Below, piece by piece: positions 36,473 to 47,504 of a stretch of DNA of 64,000 bases. The stretch is from assembly GCA_002269645.1 (NCBI GenBank), contig NIVC01003160.1, positions 50,448 through 114,447 on the forward strand. The letters run 5' to 3'. Positions within the stretch are counted from its first letter, which is position 1. Each line of letters opens with the position of its first letter. Source of the DNA: Macrostomum lignano. Taxonomy: Eukaryota. Under the pieces are notes generated by a model, which did not search any database, was not told the DNA's origin, and saw only the letters and a list, made by a program, of their open reading frames with translations. Both the position numbers and the translations under genes were made by a program.

Positions 36473-36686
36473 GGCTAATTCCGAACCTTAAGCTGTTTAA
36501 ATCTTATTTTCTCTCCCACCCACCAAGAGAAGAATACTTCAAACTCTATTTGGGTTTCAACCATAGACAGTCTCCGCGGACTGCGAAACCGCCACGAAGC
36601 ATATAGCTAAAGCTTTTTCAACCATAGACAGTTTCTGTGGACGTGAGACCGCGTTGTGCGTCCGCGCTTCAGCCTACCCATAACAC

Positions 36687-36759
36687 TAATATGGACTGGC
36701 TGTTCGGACTGAAATGAACTGAAACGCCGATTTCAGTCCTCAACAGCTAGTCCATATTA
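36687..36759. ncRNA. 73-nt hairpin, pre-miRNA-like or palindromic micro-MITE
   Basis: 28-bp stem (18 bp with one G.U, 1x2 internal loop, then 10 bp) and a 14-nt loop: TAATATGGACTGGCTGTT-C-GGACTGAAAT / ATTTCAGTCC-TC-AACAGCTAGTCCATATTA. Confidence 0.45.
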
Positions 36760-37327
36760 ATATATTGTCTATGTTTATTTACTTTAATAAAACACTAAAG
36801 AGTTTTTCACAAACAGCAGATCAAAAAGTTTGCCGTTTAACACTCTACTTTGCTGATATTTTTGTACTTCAAATTGTTAAATTTAAATTCCTCAGCTTTG
36901 AACTAGGAAATTCTTTAGTCTCATCGTACACTTTTAGATGTTGTTTAAGTACATGTACTTACGCGCCAGTGGGTGCTGATAACGCCAGTGGTCTGTAGCT
37001 GAGCCTTCTGTCTGTACTGATAGCGGCTACAGTCTAATATTTATAGGCTACAGAAACAGCCTATAAATACATTTAAGCAAAATAATTTGGGGACAGCCAA
37101 TAAGATACGACCGTAAGTAGCCGCGAGCCAGTCTAAGGACTTCTCAATTCACCTGGAATGGATACTAATTTTTTAACTACAGGCGGGTTGTTTTGTGTTG
37201 AATTTTGGGGCAGAAGTGAAGTCCTTTTGGGGGGGGGAGTTCGCATGTATTCTGACTGTCTTATTCAACATAGTGTTTTCATAAGGCTGCTGTTATTAAG
37301 AGTTAATTTATTAGAAATATATATTTA

Positions 37328-37790
37328 GGCGTTGTTCCAGACGATTGAGACCGTCCTGTTGTACAACGCCGAGACCTGGACGCTGATGGATTCGCTCGAA
37401 CAGCAGGTCGACGCGGCGCACGCTGGCCTGCTACGCACCGCCTTCAAGATCGGCTACGAGCACTCTATCGCCGCGCCGGCCTGTCCCATCATAGCGAACT
37501 GTTGCATCGTCGGCGACTCCAGCTGGCAGGCCACATCATCCGAGCCGAGTCCTTCTGCCCGCAGCTGGTGCAGGAGGTGCTGCTGCTGACGCTGCAGGCA
37601 CCCTACCGGCGGGGACAGGCGCGCACTCGGTGTTTCGTCGACTGCCTGCTGGCTGATGCCGGCGCCCCGGAACCTGCCGGCGGTGCGGCCAGCGGTTCGC
37701 GTCTAGGCCCTAAAACGTGCCCTGTGACGTTGTCCTTGCCTCTCATGACTCGCTTGAATGGCTGACAGCGCATTTTGTTGTTGTTGTATG
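37328..37790 (+). mobile_element. RTE-clade LINE 3' fragment
   Basis: LFQTIETVLLYNAETWTLMDSLEQQVDAAHAGLLR...RRRLQLAGHIIRAES...; (TTG)n tail near 37775. Confidence 0.85.
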
Positions 37791-37799
37791 GAGGGCACA

Positions 37800-38225
37800 G
37801 CATCAGAGTTTCGTTCTTGCGCTGCATGCTCCATTCTGAGGCCCTGGCTCAGCTGTTTCAGACAGTCGTTGAGATTGTCTTGTTGTACAACTCTGAGACC
37901 GCGGCCATGCTGCGTGCGGCGTTCGGAGTGGGCAGCGGTCCAGGCAGCGAGACCAACGCCGCGCTCTACACGAGGGGCACGCCTGATGCGGCCTTCGGAC
38001 CTGCTGCGGGCGGGCGGCGACTTCGACTGGCTGGCCACGTCATCCGGTCGGAGGCTCGCTGCCCTGAGCCGCTAAACTCAGCTGGCCAAGGGCGAACGGC
38101 GAGATATTCTGACAGGCTTTTGACCGATGCTGGCGCCCCGGACCAAGCTGGGGGGGGGGGATGTGACGCGCTCTCTGACTTCTCCCCCCTTTCTGGCCAC
38201 TGCGTGGCTGGCGGGTGAAGTATTT
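37800..38225 (+). mobile_element. Older, degenerate RTE-clade 3' fragment directly downstream of the previous one
   Basis: LAQLFQTVVEIVLLYNSET...RRLRLAGHVIRSE. Confidence 0.75.
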
Positions 38226-39874
38226 TAATTTGTTTTTGTTATTCAGAGTGTCACTTTTTCTCCTGCGCTTACTGAGAATCTTGTGACGTTGTGTGAAAAT
38301 CGTGGGCAATAAAGTGCAACGAGCACAGTTGATCGATTCTGTTGTGGGTTGGTAGTTTACCCTTCGAATTCGTCACAACCATTCTAGTTGAGGATCATGC
38401 AAAGGAAGCACATGAAAAAATTTTCTGCTTTTTGCTCCAGAAAATTGAATAGCTTTATTTTTTTACTTGCTGCGCATTTTATCAACCATTCTTTTTCTCT
38501 GACTATAGTCTCTGATAAAGCATGTATCATATCGCATCTTTATAACATACTTTTCATTTAGGGTGGAGTGGAGAAGGCATCCTCAAAAGCATGCGAGCAA
38601 ATTTACACCCAATGTGCATGGGTTCAGCTTTCAAGTGGGGGGGGCGCTTTTACCCTGTATGCATCACAGACAAAGAAACAACGACAAAGAAATAAGACTA
38701 AATAACTGCTAGCTACGGGGAGAAGGAGGATTTTTTGAACAAAAATGTGAAAGTTACTTTAATAAGTTTTGTTGTAACTAGTAACTAGTAAAAAATTTAA
38801 TAACTAATAAATTTTAATAACTAGTAAAAAATTACTTACCGCTTTTGTGTAGTGTTGCAATGAAATTTTTCTTAGTTAAGAGAAGAATTCAAGAAATTAG
38901 AAATGGGAGATACTTCAATAAGTCCTGGCTTTAAAAGGCTAAGAAGAAGGCTAAGATGTACAGTTAAAATTTACGATGCGCGGACTTACGAACTGTCGAC
39001 CTAATCGTTGGTCATGCCACTGTACTTACTTTTGCAATGGGCAGGGGCAAACCCGAGGATGGGGCGGTCACTAAACAAGTCTTTCACAAGATCGCAAAAC
39101 AATGCAAAGCAAGCACTGGCTTAGACTGTCAGAGCGCAGACCGCAGACCGCATAAGATGCATAAGAAATGGTACGATAGAATTTAAACGTGTGAGCAAGA
39201 AAAGGGCCAGGGGTTGTAGCCTAGCATGGTTAGTTAGAGGCTTAGAGCGTTGGGTTGCTAACGACTGGAAGAAAAGAAAAGAAAAAATAAACTAAAAGAC
39301 AATTAGCCTGTTAAGTCCTACATGGGAAGAAAACACTGTACCCTATAAAGGTATAAAGGTAAAAATTAACCAAAAAAGGTTCTGAAAATGGTACGGTTGA
39401 ACGACAAAACTTTTTGAACCCCCCTCGTACGTCATGTTTTGTACACATGAACCTGAATTATGTATCTTTGTGCACATGAACCTGTCGTAAATCAAGTATT
39501 TTAAATAAAAACTAATATAAACGACTTCACATATTTAATAATTTTCATGTTTGTTTTCAGAACAATAAATATGCAACATAATTCATATATTTAGTATAAG
39601 AGAATAAAACAAATTAAATCAATATAATAATTGATGGCATTCTCAAATGTTTAATGTTAATTAAAACTCATTTTGGCTGCTGCCTGCAAACAGCAAAACC
39701 TGCAAACAACGGATAATTGGGATTCTACTTGTATCGATAATTTCTTAAAACCAAGAAGATCCTGCATGGTCAACCAGTTACGCTCTTATATAGAAATTGT
39801 AATTTTTTAGTTTCAACTTGTAAAAAAAGGTTATGCAATAATTTCAATTGAGAATCCGTCAGTTCAAATCTTTT

Positions 39875-42800
39875 TTAGGTCTGCGGCAGATAGTGCTCAA
39901 CCCGTTCGAGCAGTGAATCAGAGTAGCCGGGGCTGTAGTACTTCACAATCTCCTCCGGGTAGCAGTTGTTGATGGTGTTGATGTACTCCGCTAGAGCGCT
40001 GCCCGGCTCCGCTCTGATCTCCTGGATCTTCTTCAGCCCGCCTGAGGTGACGAACAGTCGGCGGGACTTGGGATTGTGCGGCAGCACCTTGCTGAACTGG
40101 GCCACCACGTGCTTGAGGATGTTGGCCGGGGCTTCTTGGAGCAGCGGCTCCAGAGCCTCGAGGTGGACGCACTTTTGAAGGATGTGTTTCAGCGCTTTCT
40201 TGGACTGCCAAGGTTAGGGTTTGAGGAAGTGGTTTACTCAGGATTCTTCAGGTAATACTCAGGATTTACATCTTCAGGTAATACTCAGGATTTACATCTT
40301 CAGGTAATACTCAGGATTTACATCTTCAGGTAATACTCAGGATTTACATCTTCAGGTAATACTCAGGATTTACATCTTCAGGTAATACTCAGGATTTACA
40401 TCTTCAGGTAATACTCAGGATTTACATCTTCAGGTAATACTCAGGATTTACATCTTCAGGTAATACTCAGGATTTACATCTTCAGGTAATACTCAGGATT
40501 TACATCTTCAGGTAATACTCAGGATTTACATCTTCAGGTAATACTCAGGATTTACATCTTCAGGTAATACTCAGGATTTACATCTTCAGGTAATACTCAG
40601 GATTTACATCTTCAGGTAATACTCAGGATTTACATCTTCAGGTAATACTCAGGATTTACATCTTCAGGTAATACTCAGGATTTACATCTTCAGGTTTCTT
40701 AAGACTCCAATTATCAGTCATTTAGACACTTGGAGTCACTTAGAACATTGCAGGTAGTTATCGCAATCGCAATCCTCACCTTGATCTGCAGATCCTCGCT
40801 AACATCGGGCCTCAAATAAGCTCTGAGCAGTTTGGGCAGCACATTGGCCTGAGCAACAGCCTTGGCGTGCTCGGGCGAGTGGCGGCCAATCTGGCCCAGA
40901 GACCAGGCCGCCGCAGCCTGGATGTGGTCCTCAGACTCGGTTTGCAGGACCGCGTCCAACGTTAGTACACCCTGCGGATGGGGGGGGCACGATCGTGATC
41001 TTAGGCTTTTGAAAGAATTGAGAAAATAAGCGCAGCGTGGGAGAGGCGGGATGGGGGAGCGGGGGCGGCAGCCAATGGAGGGTTTTGGGCTACGAGGCAA
41101 CCCCCATTTATTACTAGACTTGTAAAATATACGAGCTATATTTTAACTGCACTACTTACACTACAGATATCAGTAGACAAACTTGAAAATTTAATTTTTA
41201 TACAAATGTAGCTCGTAAATGTAATTGCACATGTAAATAGCTTATGAAGAACGTGTTAATAAATCGAGACGGGGATTTCAGACACAAGCTCACACAGGGT
41301 GCACAGGGGCCCTGACTTTCTAATCGTCAGGCATGTACAGTCTCCGTGCCTTTGGGGAATGAAAATGAACTCCAGGCACTCATTTTAGCGCCACAGGCAC
41401 TCATTTTAGCGCCGCAGGCACTCATTTTAGCGCCGCAGGCACTCATTTTAGCGCCGCAGGCACTCATTTTAGCGCCGCAGGCACTCATTTTAGCGCCGCA
41501 GGCACTCATTTTAGCGCCGCAGGCACTCATTTTAGCGCCGCAAGCACTCATTTTAGCGCCACAGGCACTCATTTTAGCGCCGCAGGCACTCATTTTAGCG
41601 CCGCAGGCACTCATTTTAGCGCCGCAGGCACTCATTTTAGCGCCGCAGGCACTCATTTTAGCGCCGCAGACACTCATTTTAGCGCCGCAGGCACTCATTT
41701 TGTCGCCCCGTTGGCGACGCCTCCATAGTTAATCCCCAGACAGATTATGTCTGTTAAAAATTACCCTGGACACAATGACAGCCATGGCCAGATTCTCAGA
41801 GTGGGCGGCCACATATCCAAGCATCATGACTCCCGGCAGGCGGACGTTCCCTCGACTGTCGCCGACAAAATCGACAATGGCGGCAACTCCGCCCGCATTC
41901 ACAATGAGCTGCGACAGCTCAGGCGTGTGCTTGGCAACCTCGCGGATGAGGGTGGCGCAGTTCTTGCGAACATATTCGTCCGGGTCCTTCAGGCAGGTCA
42001 GCACAGCCGGGAAGATTTCGGCTTCGACCACCATTTCGGCCAGATCGACGGAGTGCTTGGAGATCTGGGCGAGGGCTGAGAACACCTGGCGCTTCAGCTT
42101 GGCGTCAGGGTTCAGCACCATCTGGGCCAAGTGGGCGATCGCGCCTGGTATCGGGGGAGGCAGGGGACGGAGATTTTAATGGATTTTTCTCTTGCATTCT
42201 TATAATAATTTTCCACTTTCATCTCCCTCTCATCTCCCCCTCTCATCTCCCCTCCCATCTTTACTCTCATCTCCAATCCCATCTCCCCTCTCATCCCCTC
42301 TCATCTCCCCTCCCATCTTCACTCTCATCTCCCCTCCCATCTTCACTCTCATCTCTCCTCCCATCTCCCCACCCATCTCGCCTCTCACCCCCCTCTCATC
42401 CTCTTTCCTCACCCCCCTCTCATCCCCCCTCATCCCTCTCTCACCCCTTCTCATCTCCCCTCTCATCCCCTTCTCATCTCCTCTCTCAACACCTCTCATA
42501 ACGCCTCTTATCTCTTCTATCATGAGATTAGATGAGAAATATAGCAGTCTGACTCTTATTCCTCTCTTTCTTCCATAGATTGTCCAAATCCCCATCCCGT
42601 TCCAAACTTCCTCCCAACTCACCAGCGTCCACCACAGTCTGGGCGAGCTCTGGCGAGTGCTTAGAAATGTCGGACAGGGCCGAGGCGGCGATCCGCTTGA
42701 GGCTGAGGTCGGGCTCCTGCACGCACAGCACCAGGAGCGGCACCGCGCCAGCGTCCACCACAGCCTGGGCGAGCTCCGGCCCGTGTCTGGCGATGTAGCC

Positions 42801-44508
42801 GAGGGCCCAGGCGGCGCTCTCCTTGACGCCCGGGTCGAATTCCTCCAGACAAATGACCAGAGCGTCTAGGGCGCCGCAGTCAACGACGGCTTGAGCCAGT
42901 TCTGGCGAGTGCTTGGCAACGGCGCGGAGTACGAATGCGGCGGCCTTTTTGTAGAAGCGCTGAAGGTCGGGGTGAAAAATCGAGTTTTAAAAAAAGCGCA
43001 AAAATCGAACTGATAAAGGCGCCGAAATCGAACTAATAAAAGGCGCCGAAATCGAACTAATAAAAGGCGCCGAAATCGAACTGATAAAGGCGCCCACATC
43101 GAACTTATAAAGGCGCCAAAATCGAACTTATAAAGGCGCCGAAATTGAACTAATAAAGGCGCCAAAATCGAACTGATAAAGGCGCCAAAATCAAACTAAT
43201 AAAGGCGCCAAAATCGAACTGATAAAGGCGCCAAAATCAAACTAATAAAGGCGCCAAAATCGAACTGATAAAAGGCGCCGAAATCGAACTGATAAAGGCG
43301 CCGAAATTGAACTGATAAAGGCGCCGAAATCAAACTGATAAAGGCGCCAAAATCGAACTTATAAAGGCGCCGAAATCGAGCTGATAAAAGGCGCCTAAAT
43401 CGAACTGAAAGGTGCCAAAATCTATTTGAAAGAGCGCCATTCTATTCATTCTATTCGTATTCTTCCTCTCGAAAGATTTTTAAGACTTTTATTGATTGCG
43501 ATAGACAAGCGTTGCTAATCCAAGTAGCACTACATGTGTCTAACGCCAAAAAACCAAAAACTCACATTTTGCTCGGCGAGGGAATAGACCAGCTGCGGCA
43601 GGATGTCGCCTTTGACAACGGCCTCAGCCAGATCGTCGTTGTAGTTGGCCAGTCGGCCGAGAGCCAAGGCGGCGGTCTGCTGGATAGTGGGCACAATGTC
43701 CAGCAGCAGAGGCCGCAGTAGCGACATGACGCCGGCATTTTGCAGCGTCTCGATGTTCTGAGGCCGGGTGGCCAGCTCGGCGACAGTCTGCACGAACTGG
43801 GTGCGAGCCTTCTGGTACTGCTCGAATACTGAGTGAAATTGTTTTATTAAACTTAAGTAAGCTTTGAATGAATAATAAATAAGACTAAAATCTAACCTTT
43901 CAATTCAAAATTTTTTTAACCATCAGAAATAAATTGTGGTCTTTTCGTTGCAGCAAAATATTTTTTGAACTTGGATACTTTTAACAAAATTAAATATGCT
44001 GCTTTATGTTATATTTATATTAATGTATATTAAAGACCATTTAAAATCGAAAATTATTGATAAGATTTTCATGATGAAATAGACATCATTTTGACATTGT
44101 TTTTAATGTTGAATTTAAATTACTAAAAATTATAATTGATTATTCAGATTATATAACACTACATATGGAAACTATTTTTTCCTATTAAAACAACATCCTT
44201 TTTACAGAAATTAAAAAGCACAGAAATTAAACAAAACTCTTTATCTTAGAATCACACACTTGATCACATAGAATGTTTTACAGCATGAAACTGCATAGAG
44301 AACTTAGTCTGCCTTAGGATTTATTTGCAAATTTTTTTAGTGTAAATAAGCCTACCAGTACCAGTTCATGTCTTCATAATCATTTCATTTTCTAATTGAA
44401 TGGCTGTCTTCTTCTTACTGTCTAAATATACTTCCCTTGAATGATTAACTACCAGTTTTAAGTAACGGACAGCGAACCCTTACCTTGAAGAACCTGTCGT
44501 TGGCTCAT
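39875..44508 (-). CDS. SPAG6: Sperm-associated antigen 6 / PF16 (axonemal central-pair armadillo-repeat protein), 508 aa; complement(join(39875..40204,40780..40971,41765..42144,42623..42959,43566..43828,44484..44508))
   Basis: MSQRQVLQVFEQYQKARTQFVQTVAELATRPQNIETLQNAGVMSLLR...YYSPGYSDSLLERVEHYLPQT* closely matches recalled vertebrate SPAG6. All five introns are GT-AG with consistent phases, and the exons sum to 1527 nt. Confidence 0.97.
40245..40695 (+). repeat. 26-bp minisatellite (TCTTCAGGTAATACTCAGGATTTACA)n, about 17 identical copies, SPAG6 intron 5
   Basis: Direct reading. Confidence 0.97.
41375..41705 (+). repeat. 21-bp minisatellite (GCGCCGCAGGCACTCATTTTA)n, SPAG6 intron 4
   Basis: Direct reading. 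Confidence 0.97.
42215..42510 (+). repeat. Degenerate CT-rich repeat (CTCATCTCCCCT-like), SPAG6 intron 3
   Basis: Direct reading. Confidence 0.85.
43005..43420 (+). repeat. About 23-bp minisatellite (AAAGGCGCCRAAATCGAACTRAT)n, SPAG6 intron 2
   Basis: Direct reading. Confidence 0.95.
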
Positions 44509-44635
44509 CTTTATGCAGCTTGAATTTACTTGCACTCTGTGCTGAACTGCAAAAAAAAGTCACCACGCGTCGCAACCTTTCAATTTATGAAATGCGTTTT
44601 GATTTAGGAATTTGAAATACCTCGCGTTTCCAAAA

Positions 44636-44649
44636 CTTTCTATAGCAAC
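44636..44649 (-). promoter_or_regulatory. RFX X-box-like motif upstream of SPAG6 (GTTGCTATAGAAAG)
   Basis: About 130 bp upstream of the ATG; a strong GTTGCTA half-site; X-boxes are typical of ciliary gene promoters. Confidence 0.5.
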
Positions 44650-45930
44650 ATCAAAAAGTAAAACAAATGAAACAAAATTGACATAATTTTTGCACAAACG
44701 TTATTTAATTACGTTATTAAATTAAAGTATAGTTAGTTTTTTAGTAGGAAATTATTTTCTACACACTTTCAAATGAAGTAGATTCGGCAGTACAACAGTA
44801 CAACATCAATCAACGACCATTTGAATTCATTTATTAGTTTATTTCACTGCAGTTTTATGGATTATACTTATAACTTTAGTAAGCATGATAGAATTGTTTG
44901 ATTACACTTAATGAGTTTCTAATTATCTACATATGTATACTGGGCACACTTCCGCTAAATTCCGTTTTTTCAGTTTCGCTTATTTAATTTTAGTCTGCTC
45001 TTAGCAGCTCCTCGTATGTAATGCGTGAATTCTTTCAACTGCTCTTACAGCAAGCGCCGAACATAGCGTTCAACATAGGCACTGTTGCACATTGTTCATT
45101 TGTGCATGATCTTGCTTTATTATAGTCATTACTCAGATATTGTCATACAACAATGCTGAGTAGTATCTATAATATTTAGTGAATGTGCCAAATAACGCTA
45201 GGCCACACGCATAATTTTAGGACGATCGGGTGGCCAATGATCCACCTTGCTTATTTACAAACCGTCTCGCATGTTAGGCTGCCCGTGCAATGAAGCAGAT
45301 TTAATATTGTCGCTCGAACTCTGCCGGTATAACCCCTGAGGCCCTGACTACAAATAGCTAGAGGACCCATATGCGCGCGGCAACACGAAAAGGCGAGCTT
45401 AGGGACGGGGGTCTAGGACAGGGGCCAGGTATGGCGTATAGAAGATTGTAGAAAACTCGTTCAATTCAAGCCATATCTTGCGCACAGACTTCGAGTCGAG
45501 AGAATTCTAAACCGATCAATAATAAAATGACACCAGGCCACTGATTCCCAACCCCTCGACCCATGTACATTTATATATATACTCATCCACGATCTTACCT
45601 TCACTGCAATGGGCCCCAGTAATATTGTGCAAGCCCCGACCGAACCTCTCCACCCCAAGCGGGTGGGGGGGGGCACAGGGGGGTGGGTACAGAATAAAGG
45701 CCCGGGACCCTCCCCTCTAAACATGCACACACTGGCACAGAAAAATTATGACGTAACAATTGCTTTCCAATAGTCTGTCTGCTTCTTCTTCTGACTATAT
45801 ATTTCTTAAGCCTTAAGTTGCATTGGCACACTGAGCTAAAACTCTAAACAGGTCGAGCCTTTAATAGTTCTATATATATTCGTCAATACAGTGGGAAGAT
45901 AGGATTAACCTTTTGTGCTATTATAGAGCT

Positions 45931-47448
45931 ATGAAAGCGCACAATGAGCAGATTGAAAATGAGACTGAGGAGCAGCAGCAACTGCAGCAGCAATTGACCA
46001 GCAGCAGCAATGATCAGTCACCGTGTCTGTCAGCATCGACAGAATCTGTCCACTCAACGGGCTCAAGAGGTGTCCCCGAATGTCGAATTTGTCGCAGTTC
46101 ATCAACGGAGCTTCGCCGAGTTGGCGACAAGCTTCACCGGGTGAAATGCGCCTGCACTGGCAGCCTGGAGCACCTGTGCGCCCAGTGCTACCAGCGCTAT
46201 TACCTGGAACAGGAGTTGGAAAGGTGAGACATTTGAGAACTGATTTTGATCAACTTGCTGGGAATTGAGCCTTTTGTCTGCTGCCTTCCCAGCTGCCTTC
46301 CCAGCTCCCTTTCCTGCTGTCTTCCTTACTGCTTTCCCAGCTGACTTCGCATCTGTCTTACCAGCTACCTGATCTCAGCTATCTTTCTGCAGTAGCTTTC
46401 CCAGCTGTTTTCCCAGCTGTCTTACCGGCTGTTTTCCCAGCTGTCTTACTGGCTGTTTTCCCAGCTGTCTTACCGGCTGTTTTCCCAACTGTCTTATCAG
46501 CTGTTTTCCCAACTGTCTTATCAGCTGTTTTCTTAGCTGTCTTACCGGCTGTTTCCCAGCTGTCTTACCAGCTGCTTTCCCAGCTGTATTACCAGCTGCT
46601 GCTTTCCCAGCTGTCTTACCAGCTGCTTTCCCAGCTGTCTTACCAGCTGCTGCTTTCCCAGCTGTCTTACCATCTGTTTTCCTAGCTGTCTTACCAGCTG
46701 TTTTCCTAGCTGTCTTACCAGCTGTTTCCCAGCTGTCTTACCAGCTGTTTCCCAGCTGTCTTACCAGCTGATTTCCCAGCTGCCTTCTCTGCATTCCTGG
46801 TAATCTTCGAGGATGGCCCAACAACTGAGGATCTGTGGGAGGCTATCTTTCTCAAGCAGCCTGCAGCTCTATAAACAGCCTTCACTTCCAAGACCCTGTC
46901 TCTCTTGCAGATGCGAAATCTGTCGCCAGCCGATTGACATCGAGGAGAGCAACCCCGCGGCCAGGGCTCTGCTGAAGCTCCGACTTCGCTGCCGCTGCCG
47001 CCCCGGTTCCTCGTCGTCTGACGGGTCCCACAGAAGTCGACGCAATGACAGCGGCTGCATTGAGGGCCGCTTCCTGGCTTACGCCTGCTTCGTTCTAATA
47101 GTCTTTGTCGTAGTCTTTATCATATTCTTTGTCGCTGGGGAGAAGCTTCAGCAGCGAAGGCGCCTCAGGCAGCTGGCGGCACCCGGAGGAGTTGATGATG
47201 AAGCCTCGACAGCCGTCACAACGGCGCCGACGAGACCGATGTCGGATTCTGAGCGCCGAGTTGAAGCTGTGGTGTTCGCCGCGGTGGCCTGCATCAACGT
47301 GGCCATCGCGTTGATGTACATGGCCTGGCGGAGTTGCGGCAGCTGCGAGCGGCGCCGTCGACACCACAGTCAGTTTCCACAACAGCGGTCAGGTGACCGC
47401 GACGTGGAGGCTGTTGAGCGAATTGCTAACGAAAATCTAAGGGCTTGA
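45931..47448 (+). CDS. MARCH-like RINGv E3 ubiquitin ligase with two TM helices, 276 aa; join(45931..46223,46911..47448)
   Basis: CRIC...CACTGSLEHLCAQC...CEIC split by a phase-2 intron (AAG|gtgaga ... ttgcag|A). TM segments FLAYACFVLIVFVVVFIIFFVAG and VVFAAVACINVAIALMYMAW. Confidence 0.85.
46270..46790 (+). repeat. About 12-bp CAGCTG-core minisatellite (CCAGCTGTCTTA / CCAGCTGTTTTC) filling the RINGv intron
   Basis: Direct reading. Confidence 0.9.
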
Positions 47449-47504
47449 ATATTAGCTAAGTAGGTAATTATATCTTAATCAATTGTGACTAATTTTTAGG
47501 ATCA

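Noticed and set aside
39216-39265. tRNA A-box-like GTAGCCTAGCATGGTTAG...AGAGCG
   Set aside because: No B box or cloverleaf; at most a decayed SINE head.
45330-45750. GC-rich patches with GGGCCCC and G-runs suggesting a transposon in the SPAG6-RINGv spacer
   Set aside because: I could not find matching TIRs or TSDs by eye.
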